This document shows, in pieces, positions 28,624 to 38,862 of a DNA stretch of 64,000 bases; the stretch's first letter is position 1; every line of letters starts with the position of its first letter. Source of the DNA: Patescibacteria group bacterium (GTDB lineage: Bacteria > Patescibacteriota > Minisyncoccia > Moranbacterales > DUUL01); contig JAYEIQ010000004.1 in assembly GCA_034660175.1 (NCBI GenBank), positions 4,152-68,151 of the forward strand. The letters are read 5' to 3'. The translations under genes were made by a program, and so were the position numbers. The notes beneath the pieces were generated by a model. That model had not been told where the DNA came from. It saw nothing but the letters and a program-made list of their open reading frames with translations, and did no database searches.

Positions 28624-29304
28624 ATGATCGTTTACGAAAATATTTCAAAAATATATCTAGGAAGTGCTCCAGCGCTGGAAAACATCAATCTCGAAATTCG
28701 TGAGGGCGAGTTTGTTTCTGCTGTTGGTCAATCTGGTGCTGGCAAATCAACGCTTCTGAAAATGCTCTATGCAGAGGAGGCGCCATCAACAGGAAACATC
28801 TATTTCCACAGGAAAAACATAGTCAATCTCAAGAACAAAGAGCTTCCATATCATCGTCGCAACATTGGAACTGTTTTTCAGGACTACAAACTGTTGCCAA
28901 AGAAAACTTTGTTTGAAAATGTTGCTTTTGCAATGGAAGTTGGGGGGAGAACGAACGAAGAGATTGATGAAGCTGTGCCACAAATTTTGGATATTGTCGG
29001 ACTTGGGAAAAAGACCGACAAATATCCGACAGAAGTTTCTGGTGGTGAGCAACAGCGAGCAGCTCTTGCTAGAGCTTTGGTGAACAAACCAAAGGTGCTT
29101 TTGGCTGATGAACCAACAGGAAATCTTGATCCAATTTCAACCTGGGAAATTGTTCAGTTGCTTTTAAAAATCAATGAATTTGGAACGACCGTGATTTTAG
29201 CAACACATGACAAGGGAATCGTGGATAAAATCTGTCGTCGAGTTATCGCAATGGACAGAGGAAAAGTTATTCGAGACGAAGAGAACGGAAGATACTGTAT
29301 TTGA
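28624..29304 (+). CDS. ftsE: cell division ATP-binding protein FtsE
   Basis: GQSGAGKST, VFQDYKLL, SGGEQQR, ADEPTGNLD; adjacent to ftsX. Confidence 0.93.
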   Translation: MIVYENISKIYLGSAPALENINLEIREGEFVSAVGQSGAGKSTLLKMLYAEEAPSTGNIYFHRKNIVNLKNKELPYHRRNIGTVFQDYKLLPKKTLFENVAFAMEVGGRTNEEIDEAVPQILDIVGLGKKTDKYPTEVSGGEQQRAALARALVNKPKVLLADEPTGNLDPISTWEIVQLLLKINEFGTTVILATHDKGIVDKICRRVIAMDRGKVIRDEENGRYCI

Positions 29305-29340
29305 CCGATTTAAAAGTTAAAAGTTGAAAGAAAAACAAAA

Positions 29341-30279
29341 ATGTTTGTAAAACTAACTCGAACTTTCCGTGCTGGTGTTCAAAACTTTATTCGCAATGGG
29401 TGGTTGTCTATTGCAACTGTCAGTGTGATTGTGACTGCCATGTTCATTATCAATGTTCAAGTGGCGGTTGTGACGGCCAATGAACTTTTGCTCAAAGATG
29501 TGCAAGAAAGAGTGAACATCTCGGTCTATTTTAAAACTCAAACAGAGGAGAACAGAGTTCTTGAGGCGAAGAGAGAATTTGAAGTGATTTCCAATGTGAC
29601 CAAAGTGGTATATATTTCAAAAGAACAAGCACTTGAGAACTTCAAGGCAAGCACAAATGACAACGAGACAATTAGGAAGTCAATTGAAGAGCTGGGAACA
29701 AATCCTTTGGAATCAGTGCTAAATGTTAGCGCTACTGATCCTGATGAGTACGAAGCTATAGCAGGTCAAATTGATCGAAGTAGCTTTGCCGAAGATATTT
29801 CAAAAGTGAACTATCAAAAATATCGAGGAATTATCAACAGCTTGAATAAAGAAATCAAGTCAAATCAGAGAGTAGCTATTTTGCTCGGGTTGACTCTTTC
29901 GATTGTTGCGATTCTGATCACTTTCAACAGCATACGCATCAACATGTATTCTCATAGACAGGAGATCGAGATCATGCGATTGGTTGGTGCATCAAATAAT
30001 TATGTGAGATTGCCGTTTATTTTTGAAGGAATTTTCTATGGTTTTGCAGCTGCGGGCATTGCAGTTCCACTGGCGTTTTTCTATTTGAATTTTATTTCTA
30101 GTGGTGAGACCTCAAATTCAATCTTGCCATTTTCGAACACAAAGTTTATTCAGACGTTTCTCAATGATTATTTCATAAAAAATATTATCCTGATTGTTCT
30201 GGCACAATTCTTTCTGGGAATTTTTCTTGGTGTGGTCAGCAGTGCAATTGCAATCAGAAAGTATTTGAAGATCAGATAG
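29341..30279 (+). CDS. ftsX: cell division permease FtsX
   Basis: RNGWLSIAT, YISKEQAL, EIEIMRLVGAS..YVRLPFIFEG. Confidence 0.93.
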   Translation: MFVKLTRTFRAGVQNFIRNGWLSIATVSVIVTAMFIINVQVAVVTANELLLKDVQERVNISVYFKTQTEENRVLEAKREFEVISNVTKVVYISKEQALENFKASTNDNETIRKSIEELGTNPLESVLNVSATDPDEYEAIAGQIDRSSFAEDISKVNYQKYRGIINSLNKEIKSNQRVAILLGLTLSIVAILITFNSIRINMYSHRQEIEIMRLVGASNNYVRLPFIFEGIFYGFAAAGIAVPLAFFYLNFISSGETSNSILPFSNTKFIQTFLNDYFIKNIILIVLAQFFLGIFLGVVSSAIAIRKYLKIR

Positions 30280-30352
30280 GTTTACATGGAATTCTAGTTG
30301 TGATATAAAATGTTTGCACGAATATAAAGTATAATTGATTAAATGTAGTTCA

Positions 30353-30685
30353 ATGGGAATCAAAGATCTATTCAAAAAGAAAAAAGAAAGATCAGCTGAG
30401 GAAAAATATGAAGAAACATTGAAAGGTGGGGGAGCCGAGAAAGTGAGTGAAGCGCTTTCAAATGTTGACAAGTCCAAGTTGTCTTTCAAGGAAAAGATGG
30501 GAATGAAGATGTTTCAAAAGATGTCGCGTGAAAAACAAGAGGAAGTTTTGCGAAAGGCGATGAATCCAGCTGAGGTTCAGAAAAATAAAGACAAGATTTT
30601 GGCTCAGGTTGATGAAATGGTCAGAAGTGGACAGATCGACAAGGGTCAAGCAGAAGCAGTGAAGAGTAGAATGGGCTTGAGATAG
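30353..30685 (+). CDS. hypothetical protein
   Basis: K/E/M-rich ORF followed by a terminator. Confidence 0.7.
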   Translation: MGIKDLFKKKKERSAEEKYEETLKGGGAEKVSEALSNVDKSKLSFKEKMGMKMFQKMSREKQEEVLRKAMNPAEVQKNKDKILAQVDEMVRSGQIDKGQAEAVKSRMGLR

Positions 30686-30722
30686 TTCAAAACAAATTAT
30701 TCAAAACTTTTTTATAGAAAGG

Positions 30723-30745
30723 ACCGGCAATTTGCCGGTTTTTTT
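30723..30745 (+). terminator. intrinsic terminator
   Basis: ACCGGCAA-T-TTGCCGGT plus T-run. Confidence 0.75.
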
Positions 30746-30752
30746 GTTGAAA

Positions 30753-30781
30753 TGTGGAAAAGCTTGATAAGTTGTGGATAA
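30753..30781 (-). promoter_or_regulatory. two DnaA-box matches
   Basis: TTTTCCACA (30753-30761) and TTATCCACA (30773-30781) on the minus strand. Confidence 0.55.
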
Positions 30782-30854
30782 GTGGGATAACTAAAACATG
30801 AAAAAGGCTTAGAAAAGCCTTTTTCATGTTTTTGAGAAGAATGGGGCATTGTTA

Positions 30855-30910
30855 TTGACCGTGTCATCAAAGTGGAGTAGAATATAACTGAAGTGGTGAA
30901 AAGTGGGGAA
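30855..30910 (+). promoter_or_regulatory. mraZ/dcw promoter with MraZ-binding GTGG repeats
   Basis: TTGACC-17-TAGAAT; AAGTGG repeats with GTGG at 30872, 30893, 30903. Confidence 0.7.
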
Positions 30911-31040
30911 ATCGCATCACATCATCTCTGCTGATTGTTTTTCTTACAGAGATGCGCAGGGGGCTCTGGGTTATTGACTCTGGCCCCCTCGTGTGAACTC
31001 AGAAGAGAAAGCTAAATTAATCCGCCAAAGAACAACGCAC

Positions 31041-31475
31041 ATGTTTATAGGCGAGTATCAACACATTCTCGATCAAAAGAAAAGGGTGGCAATACCATCC
31101 AAGTTTCGTTCAAAATTCAAGCGTGGAGCTGTTGTGACGAGAGGGTTGGATAATTGTCTTTTTATTTATACAAAAAGTGAATGGGAATCAATTGCATCAA
31201 AGCTTGGAAGCATGCCAGTGGGGGAGCGGAGCACGAGAAGTTTTGTGAGGTTGATGTTGGCGGGAGCTGTTGATGTTGGTCTAGATTCTCAAGGAAGAGT
31301 TTTGGTGCCGGAATATTTGAAAGACTATGCAAAGTTGTCGAAGAATGTTGTGATTGCTGGCTTGTTCAATCGTTTGGAGATGTGGGATGAGAATGCGTGG
31401 AACAAATACAAGCAATCCGCAGAGAAGAGTCAGGATGAGATTGCAGAGCAACTGGGAAAATTGGGGATGTACTAG
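31041..31475 (+). CDS. mraZ: transcriptional regulator MraZ
   Basis: MFIGEYQHILDQKKRVAIPSKFR, LDSQGRVLVP; start placed at ATG 31041. Confidence 0.95.
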   Translation: MFIGEYQHILDQKKRVAIPSKFRSKFKRGAVVTRGLDNCLFIYTKSEWESIASKLGSMPVGERSTRSFVRLMLAGAVDVGLDSQGRVLVPEYLKDYAKLSKNVVIAGLFNRLEMWDENAWNKYKQSAEKSQDEIAEQLGKLGMY

Positions 31476-31593
31476 TGTAGCCTTGCTGGAATTTTAAATT
31501 TTTAATAAAGTTCAAATTGATTAATTTGAAATGTTGGAATGAGTTTTTGCTGGAGGTTTGGATTTGGAAATTGAGAATTAGAAATTAAAAGTA

Positions 31594-32532
31594 ATGCATA
31601 AATCTGTTTTGTTGGGGGAGACAATTCAGTTTCTTGATTTGAAAGATGGTGATGTTGTGGTTGACGCAACCGTTGGCTCTGGTGGACACACCAAAGAGCT
31701 TGCAAGAAAGGTTGGCGATAGTGGCAAAGTGATTTCAATTGATGTTGATCAAAGTGCGATTGATTTCGCAAAAAAAAGATTGACTGAGCAGGACAAAGAT
31801 TTGTTGAATCGAGTTGTTTTTGTGCACGACAATTTTTGCAATTTGGAAAAAATTGTTCAGCAAGAGGGACTTTCTGGCGTGAACGCAATTTTGGCAGATC
31901 TTGGTTGGAGGATTGAGCAGATTGAGGATCCAAAAAGAGGAATGAGTTTTTTGCGAGAAGCAAAACTTGACATGAGGTTGGATCAAGAAAGAAACAGCTT
32001 AACTGCTCATGAAATTGTCAACGAATGGAGTGAGAAGAAATTAAGGGACATTTTTTGGGGGTTTGGTGAGGAGAAAAATGCGAAAACAATTGTGGCAGAG
32101 ATTGTCAGAAAAAGAAAAGAAAAACAGATTGAAACAACAACGCAATTGGCAGAAATAGTTGAATCTAAATGTGTAGCAAGAAAAAAAGGCAGGTTGCATT
32201 GTGCAACAAAAGTTTTTCAGGCATTGCGAATTGCTGTGAATGATGAACTTGGAAATCTTGAAAAGTTTTTGACTCAGTCAGTTTCTGTTTTGGAGAAAAA
32301 GGGACGAATTGCAGTTATTTCGTTTCACTCACTTGAAGATCGAATTGTGAAGAAATTTTTTCAGACAAATGCTAGGGGATGTGTTTGTCCGAAAGAGTTT
32401 CCAGTGTGCATTTGTAAAGGTAAGAGCAAATTGAAGATCTTGATGAGAAAGCCCATTGTTGCAGGTGAGGATGAACTGAAACAAAACAAGCGATCAAGAA
32501 GTGCGAAATTGAGAGTTGCACAAAAAATTTGA
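31594..32532 (+). CDS. rsmH: 16S rRNA m4C1402 methyltransferase
   Basis: HKSVLL, DATVGSGGH, LDMRLD, FQALRIAVNDEL, SFHSLEDR, RSRSAKLR. Confidence 0.96.
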   Translation: MHKSVLLGETIQFLDLKDGDVVVDATVGSGGHTKELARKVGDSGKVISIDVDQSAIDFAKKRLTEQDKDLLNRVVFVHDNFCNLEKIVQQEGLSGVNAILADLGWRIEQIEDPKRGMSFLREAKLDMRLDQERNSLTAHEIVNEWSEKKLRDIFWGFGEEKNAKTIVAEIVRKRKEKQIETTTQLAEIVESKCVARKKGRLHCATKVFQALRIAVNDELGNLEKFLTQSVSVLEKKGRIAVISFHSLEDRIVKKFFQTNARGCVCPKEFPVCICKGKSKLKILMRKPIVAGEDELKQNKRSRSAKLRVAQKI

Positions 32533-32599
32533 AAAAAAGTTTCAAATAAAAAAACAAAAAGAAAATAAAAACTAAAAAGGTCTGGGGGCGGACAATTAA

Positions 32600-32959
32600 G
32601 TGGCGCTAAAATTGTGCATGACACAAGGGGGTGTCAGATGCAACAAAAGAACTGAGGCTGTGGCCGAAAAGCCAAAAAAGGTGAGCAAATTCACCATGGT
32701 TTGCGTGCTCATGTTTTTTGTTTTCTGTGCAGGAGTGATGTATATTTTTCAGGTGAACAGGCTAGCTACAATGGGATATGAGATCAAAAAAACAGAAAAA
32801 ACCATCGAGGATTTGAAGAGGCAAAACGAGTCATTAAAAATTGAGGTTGCGGAGTTGAAGTCAATGCACAATTTGGAATCTGATAAGGATAGGATGAACA
32901 TGAGGAAGCCTGACGAAATCGGATATATTGAGATTGATGAGTCTGTGGCAATGAAATAA
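32600..32959 (+). CDS. ftsL: FtsL-like protein
   Basis: TM plus coiled coil, located between rsmH and the PBP gene. Confidence 0.65.
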   Translation: MALKLCMTQGGVRCNKRTEAVAEKPKKVSKFTMVCVLMFFVFCAGVMYIFQVNRLATMGYEIKKTEKTIEDLKRQNESLKIEVAELKSMHNLESDKDRMNMRKPDEIGYIEIDESVAMK

Positions 32960-33050
32960 ACTATTTCAGATATTTATGTAGTATTGGGGATTTACGTAAA
33001 TAATTACGTAAATGTTTTTTGTGTCTTTTTGTTATTGATTTACAAAACAA

Positions 33051-34925
33051 GTGTCTCCAAAAAAAACAAAAATCAGCAAGATAAATGGACAAGGTTGTGA
33101 GAACTGTCTTTCAAGGTTCAGGATATACACAACCATCTTCATGATCTTAATTTCCAGCGGTCTGGTTTTTTTTCGTCTCTATGCGCTTCAGGTGAGAGCA
33201 CATGATGAATATAAAAGCATTGCTTCAAATCAGCACAAATTCAAGCAAGAGATCTTGCCTGTCAGGGGAGAGATTTTCTTGCGAGAAAAGAACAATGAAT
33301 TTCCAGTCGCGGTCAATCGAGAGCTTATGACTGCTTTTGCCGTTCCGAAGGAAATAGAAGACCTCGAGCGTGCAACTGTTGTTGTGAGCGAAGCTTTAAG
33401 TCTTGACCAGAGCGAGGTTGCTAGAAAACTTTCAAAGAAGGATGATTTCTATGAAGTTCTGAAGCGAAAACTTTCCAATCATGAAGTTGAAAAAATTCGG
33501 CAGTTGAAAGAGAAGGGAATTTTTCTCGAGGGGGAGAATTGGAGATATTATCCCAGTGGGAGCTTGGCTTCTAATGTTGTTGGCTATGTTGGATATCAGG
33601 ACAAGGTTTTAGAGGGAATCTATGGTGTTGAACGATATTTTGAGGATGAGCTTCAGGGAAAATCAGGAATGCTGGAACAAGAGAGAGACACATTTGGAAG
33701 GTGGATTTCTGTTGGTTCAAAATCTGTCACTCCTGCGCGCGATGGAAGAAGTATTGTATTGACACTTAATCATGTTCTTCAGTTCAAGGCAGAGACTGTT
33801 TTGAAAAATGCCGTGAAAAGACACGGTGCAGACAGCGGAAAAATTGTCATTTCCGATCCATACAGTGGGCAAATTCTTGCATTGGCATCATTTCCAACAT
33901 TCAACCCAAATGAATATTCCGATGTTGAAAATGTGAGTGTTTTCCGCAATCCAATAGTTTCGGATGAATATGAATGTGGATCTGTTTTCAAAACAATAAC
34001 CATGGCCGCTGGTCTTGACACGGGGAAGGTAACACCAGAGACAACATATATTGATACAGGTCAAGTCGTTGAGGCTGGGTTCAAGATCAAGAATTCCGAT
34101 GAGAAGTCCTATGGAGAGCAGACCATGACCAACGTGATCGAAAAATCTCTCAACACCGGGGCGATTCATGTGGTTAGGGAAGTTGGAAATCAACAATTCA
34201 TTCGCTATGTGAAGGATTTTGGGTTTGGGAGTAAAAGTGGAATTGAGCTACCTGGGGAGATTTCTGGAAATATTTCAAATCTGAGAACAAACAGGGACAT
34301 TGAATTTTATACAGCGTCTTTTGGGCAGGGCATCACCGTGACTCCATTGCAATTGGTGATGGCATATGGAGCTATTGCAAATGGTGGCGAACTTCTCAAG
34401 TCGCATATTATATATTCCATTCAAAATTCTGCAGGGGAAGAGAAGAAATTTGAAAAAGAGGTTGAAAGAACTGTCATTTCAAGAGAAACTGCGAATCAGT
34501 TGACTTTGATGTTGGAAAGCAATGTTGTTGATGGTCACGGAAAACTTGCTGGAGTTCCTGGATATCGCGTTGCAGGAAAAACTGGAACGGCTCAGATCCC
34601 AGACAAGGAGAAGGGAGGATATCTTGAAAACGCAACGACTGGAACGTTTGCTGGTTTTGGTCCTGTTGAGAACCCTGTTTTTTCAATGGTTGTGATAATT
34701 GATTATCCTAAGGACGTTGAGTGGGCAGAGAGCACTGCGGCTCCAGTTTTCGGTGAAATGTCAAAGTTCATGTTTGATTATTATGGTATTGAGCCGACTC
34801 AGGAATACTCACAAAAGGATTTTGAGAAATTCACTCGAACACACAATTATTTGGCTGACAAAAAGGAGATTGAGGATGATGATGAGTTTGACAAAGAGGA
34901 GAATGAGGTTGAGGAAAACGACTAA
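33051..34925 (+). CDS. ftsI: class B penicillin-binding protein (divisome)
   Basis: PVRGEI, ECGSVFK (SxxK), SLN, GKTGTAQ; dcw context. Confidence 0.88.
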   Translation: MSPKKTKISKINGQGCENCLSRFRIYTTIFMILISSGLVFFRLYALQVRAHDEYKSIASNQHKFKQEILPVRGEIFLREKNNEFPVAVNRELMTAFAVPKEIEDLERATVVVSEALSLDQSEVARKLSKKDDFYEVLKRKLSNHEVEKIRQLKEKGIFLEGENWRYYPSGSLASNVVGYVGYQDKVLEGIYGVERYFEDELQGKSGMLEQERDTFGRWISVGSKSVTPARDGRSIVLTLNHVLQFKAETVLKNAVKRHGADSGKIVISDPYSGQILALASFPTFNPNEYSDVENVSVFRNPIVSDEYECGSVFKTITMAAGLDTGKVTPETTYIDTGQVVEAGFKIKNSDEKSYGEQTMTNVIEKSLNTGAIHVVREVGNQQFIRYVKDFGFGSKSGIELPGEISGNISNLRTNRDIEFYTASFGQGITVTPLQLVMAYGAIANGGELLKSHIIYSIQNSAGEEKKFEKEVERTVISRETANQLTLMLESNVVDGHGKLAGVPGYRVAGKTGTAQIPDKEKGGYLENATTGTFAGFGPVENPVFSMVVIIDYPKDVEWAESTAAPVFGEMSKFMFDYYGIEPTQEYSQKDFEKFTRTHNYLADKKEIEDDDEFDKEENEVEEND

Positions 34926-35007
34926 GCGGAAAAGGACCAAAGAACCATAAAAAACCGTAAATTAGCAAAAAACAGAAGTTTATTGTATTATAAAAATAAA
35001 GAAAATA

Positions 35008-36345
35008 ATGAAAAACATGGCTAAGTCAAGAAAACTGAGAATGTTGGAAATGATACTTCGATTTATGTCGAGCTCTATTTTGCGCAAATATAAACCAAAA
35101 GTGATTGCAATAACTGGAAGCGTGGGAAAAACGACAACCAAAGAAATGGTTTGGGAATTGTTATCCAACTATTACAGAACGCGCAAAAATGAGAAAAACT
35201 ATAACAACGAGATCGGTGTTCCATTGACGATTATTGGCTCGGAGTCAGGAGAAAGTTCTATCTTTGGTTGGTTGGCTGTTTTTTTCAAGTGGTTGTTTGT
35301 TATTGTTTTTCCGGTTAAATATCCAGAAATTCTTGTTCTGGAAATGGGGGCTGATAGGCCGGGAGATATAAAATATTTGTGCAGTTTCGTACCAATAGAC
35401 GTTGGCGTGATCACAAATATTGGTATTTCGCATCTTGAATATTTCAAAACAAAAAAAGCATTGGGCAAAGAAAAAGGAATTATTTTAAAAAGTGTTCCAG
35501 CACAGGGACTAGCTATTATGAATTATGATGACAAAGAGGTCAAAGCAATCCGTGAGCAGGTCAAAGCTAATGTGATCTCTTATGGTTTGGAGGAGGGTTG
35601 TCAGATGCAAGCAACTGACATTACCTATAGCTACAAGACATTCATGACAAATCACAAAGAAAAGATTGAGCTTGTCAAAGGTGTTCAATTCAAACTTAAT
35701 TATCGTGGAAAAATTATTCCTGTGAAATTAGGACATGCACTGGGATATCCTCAAGTGTATGCCAGTTTGATAGCTCTATCAGTTGGTGAGTATTTCAAGT
35801 TGAATTTGATCGAGGTTGTTCAGACTTTTGAGGATTTCTGTCCTCCTAAAGGGAGGATGGTTTTATTGGACGGAATTAAACACACAGCCATAGTTGATGA
35901 TACATATAATAGTGCTCCTGATAGTGTGGACGCATCACTCGAAACTCTTAAGAATATCAAAGTTAACAGGAAAATTGTTGTTCTAGGTGACATGTTGGAA
36001 TTGGGTGACGAAGAGGAGAGAGGACATCGACAAGTTGGTGAGGCTGTTGCCAGCGCGGAAGTGGACTATTTCGTGTCAGTTGGACAAAGAACGAAACATT
36101 CTGCTGATGAGTTTCGAAAAAAAGCGAGGAATAATGGTGCAGTGACAGAATTCAATACGCCAATGGAGGCAGGAATTTTTATTCAACATTTATTAGAAGA
36201 AGGCGATGTTGTTCTTGTCAAAGGTTCACAGGGTATGAGAATGGAGAAAGTTGTTGAAGAAATAATGGCAAAACCTAGCTTGAAACACAAATTGCTGGTT
36301 CGACAAGACAAGACTTGGCTGGAGAAGGAATTTATTCAACCCTAA
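35008..36345 (+). CDS. murF: UDP-MurNAc-tripeptide--D-Ala-D-Ala ligase
   Basis: ITGSVGKTTTK, NNEIGVPLT, DDTYNSAP, LGDMLELG, VKGSQG. Confidence 0.92.
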   Translation: MKNMAKSRKLRMLEMILRFMSSSILRKYKPKVIAITGSVGKTTTKEMVWELLSNYYRTRKNEKNYNNEIGVPLTIIGSESGESSIFGWLAVFFKWLFVIVFPVKYPEILVLEMGADRPGDIKYLCSFVPIDVGVITNIGISHLEYFKTKKALGKEKGIILKSVPAQGLAIMNYDDKEVKAIREQVKANVISYGLEEGCQMQATDITYSYKTFMTNHKEKIELVKGVQFKLNYRGKIIPVKLGHALGYPQVYASLIALSVGEYFKLNLIEVVQTFEDFCPPKGRMVLLDGIKHTAIVDDTYNSAPDSVDASLETLKNIKVNRKIVVLGDMLELGDEEERGHRQVGEAVASAEVDYFVSVGQRTKHSADEFRKKARNNGAVTEFNTPMEAGIFIQHLLEEGDVVLVKGSQGMRMEKVVEEIMAKPSLKHKLLVRQDKTWLEKEFIQP

Positions 36346-36359
36346 AAATCTTTTCAAAT

Positions 36360-36391
36360 AAAAGAGCCGCCTCTCGAAGAGGCGGTTTTTT
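36360..36391. terminator. bidirectional terminator
   Basis: AAAAGAGCCGCCTCT-CGA-AGAGGCGGTTTTTT between convergent genes. Confidence 0.8.
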
Positions 36392-36399
36392 GATCTGGA

Positions 36400-37266
36400 C
36401 TATTGATTTTCAGAAGGTTTTTCTTTGTGTGGTTGTTCAAAACTTCTCTTGAGCACTTGAAACTCATCAAGAGAATTATATGCACCTAATACGCCCATAT
36501 CATATAAGCGAACTGCTGCTCGAAAACTTCGAAGGGGATTGTCATCATAAACAATGATTCTTCTTGTTGGTAGTTCTCTCTTTCTCCTTTCCAGCTCTTC
36601 GAGAGGAATGTTAATGGCACTTGTGATGTGATTTTGGTCATAAAGATATTGCTGTCTTGTGTCTACAAAAGCAATCAATTCTCCATCCATGATCTTCTCT
36701 CCTATCTGCTGCGCATTCAATGTGGTGACTTTGGCAAGGTCTTGATTTGAGGTTGGGTTGCCTTTCGTGATCAGTGAATAGTCTTCTTGGGCATATTTAA
36801 CAATTCCACCTTCAAGGTATTTTGCTATTGCACCTTCTTTCTCAAGATGGGCAGCAAAAATTTTTCCTTCATTTCCTTCTCCTCTGTCGATTATAATTAT
36901 AATCTTTTCTTGATCAATCAAATGAACTTCCTCGTTAATCGATGACAGGGGAATGCTGATAGAAGACTCAATGTGCTTCAGCTCAAATTCTTCTGGTTGA
37001 CGAATGTCAACAAGCTGATAGGACTTATTCCTGATTGCTTTGAAGGTTTCTTTGGTTGAGGCATAAGAAACTTCAATTCCCACTTCTTTTTTTGATTCTT
37101 GTTCGATTTTTGCGCGAACATCTTCAATCTCCTTTTCTTTAATGTTTTTTTTGTATAAGAAGAAAGCCATTATGCTTGCAATCAAAGCGAAGCCAATAAT
37201 GATTGGTTTCAATGAAGGTGCATTCATGGAAGGTGGTTGTGGTTTTTTAAATTGATATTGTTGCAA
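36400..37266 (-). CDS. membrane-anchored tandem rhodanese-domain protein
   Basis: LVDIRQPEEF..KHIESSISIP and VDTRQ..YDQNHITSAINIP; N-terminal TM. Confidence 0.8.
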   Translation of the reverse strand: MQQYQFKKPQPPSMNAPSLKPIIIGFALIASIMAFFLYKKNIKEKEIEDVRAKIEQESKKEVGIEVSYASTKETFKAIRNKSYQLVDIRQPEEFELKHIESSISIPLSSINEEVHLIDQEKIIIIIDRGEGNEGKIFAAHLEKEGAIAKYLEGGIVKYAQEDYSLITKGNPTSNQDLAKVTTLNAQQIGEKIMDGELIAFVDTRQQYLYDQNHITSAINIPLEELERRKRELPTRRIIVYDDNPLRSFRAAVRLYDMGVLGAYNSLDEFQVLKRSFEQPHKEKPSENQ

Positions 37267-37337
37267 GTTTTTAGTTTATGAGCAAAGGGTTGATTCTATT
37301 GTGTATTCTAGCACATAAGAGATCAAAACAAACTTTT

Positions 37338-38297
37338 TTATTCAAATTTGCTACCGATAAAATGTGGTTTGCCATTCACGAATTCTTGAATCTTCATTTC
37401 ATTTTTTCCTTCGGGGGTGATGATTTTCAGGATGATTGCACCATTGTTTGTAGCAATCAAGACTTTGTTATCAATTTGGAAAATCTCACCCGGTTTTTTC
37501 TCAGGAAAGGTTTGGCTAGTGACTTGAATCTGATTGAAAATAATTTTCTTTTTTGATTTTTTGTCATTCCAAAATGAATATATTTTTGGCCACTTACTGA
37601 ATGCTCTATACTGGTTGAATATTTGATATGATGTTTGTTTCCAGTCGATAAAACCGTCTCTTTTTGAGATTATTTCACAAAAAGATGCTTTGCTTTCATC
37701 CTGTGTTTTTGGAGTGATTTTTTTTGTAATCCACTGTTTCATCGTATCTAGCAAAAGATCTTTGGATATCTCAATAATATGTTTCTCCAACTCTTGATAG
37801 TTTTCATTTTTACCTACCTCAATTTTTTTCTGTGCAAGAATTGGACCAGCATCCATTTTTTTGCTCATTAGCATGATCGAGATTCCAGTTTGGCTTTCTC
37901 CCTTGAGCAGAGCTGTTTGGATGGGTGATGGACCTCTGAATTTTGGTAGCAGTGAAGGATGAATGTTGATGCTACCAAATGTTGGAATTTCTAACAATTC
38001 ATTTGGTAGAAGTATCCCGAAAGCAACCAAAATAATTAGATCTGGTTTTTTTTCTTTAAAAAAAGCAATTGTTTCGTGGTCTATTTTCTCTGTCTGAAAA
38101 ACTTCAATTTCATTTTGCAATGCCATGTTTTTCACAAGTGAGGGAATTGTTTCTTTTTTGCGTCCAAAAGGTCTGTCAGGCTGTGTCACTACGCATGTGA
38201 TGTTGAGATTTGAATCAATCAAAAAGGCAAGGATCTCCATCGCAATGTGGGGTGTGCCCATGAAAATTATTTTGAGATCTTTGACATTTCTTTTCAT
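37338..38297 (-). CDS. fmt: methionyl-tRNA formyltransferase
   Basis: IFMGTP, VVTQPDRP, NIHPSLLPKFRGPSP, MDAGP. Confidence 0.95.
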   Translation of the reverse strand: MKRNVKDLKIIFMGTPHIAMEILAFLIDSNLNITCVVTQPDRPFGRKKETIPSLVKNMALQNEIEVFQTEKIDHETIAFFKEKKPDLIILVAFGILLPNELLEIPTFGSINIHPSLLPKFRGPSPIQTALLKGESQTGISIMLMSKKMDAGPILAQKKIEVGKNENYQELEKHIIEISKDLLLDTMKQWITKKITPKTQDESKASFCEIISKRDGFIDWKQTSYQIFNQYRAFSKWPKIYSFWNDKKSKKKIIFNQIQVTSQTFPEKKPGEIFQIDNKVLIATNNGAIILKIITPEGKNEMKIQEFVNGKPHFIGSKFE

Positions 38298-38336
38298 AGA
38301 CTGTCTTTATTGTAAATTTGTTTACGTTCGTTTTTG

Positions 38337-38795
38337 TTACACCGCAACTTTATTTTCGGCCTTTGCCCTGTCGATGAACAGTGTGCCGTCAAGATGATCT
38401 ACTTCGTGTTGAAGAACTCTTGCGAGCAATCCCTTTGCTCGAATTACTTGTTTTTTGCCATTTGCATCAAGAGCTTTGATCTTGATCTTTTTTGGTCTTT
38501 GAATAGGCAAAAACTTTCCGGGAAAAGACAAACAACCCTCTTCCATCAAAACTTGTTCTCCGGAAACATTCTTGACTTTAGGGTTGATGAGGACGAAAAG
38601 TTCGTCGTCAACTTCAATAATGCATAACTGAAGACTATGGCCAATTTGTGGTGCCGCCAAACCCAAACCTTCATGAGCTCTCAATGTAGCAGTCATGTCG
38701 GCGATTAGTCGTTTGATTTTTGAGTCTGTTGGATTTTTTACCTCTTCAGATTTCTGTCTCAGGACGGGATCGGGGTATTTAACTATTTCAAGCAT
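38337..38795 (-). CDS. def: peptide deformylase
   Basis: GLGLAAPQIG, EGCLS, QHEVDHLDG. Confidence 0.97.
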   Translation of the reverse strand: MLEIVKYPDPVLRQKSEEVKNPTDSKIKRLIADMTATLRAHEGLGLAAPQIGHSLQLCIIEVDDELFVLINPKVKNVSGEQVLMEEGCLSFPGKFLPIQRPKKIKIKALDANGKKQVIRAKGLLARVLQHEVDHLDGTLFIDRAKAENKVAV

Positions 38796-38862
38796 GTTTG
38801 ATGTGTTATTTTATATTGAATTTCTAAAGATCTTCAAAACGAAGGCTCTGATTAATATTGTA

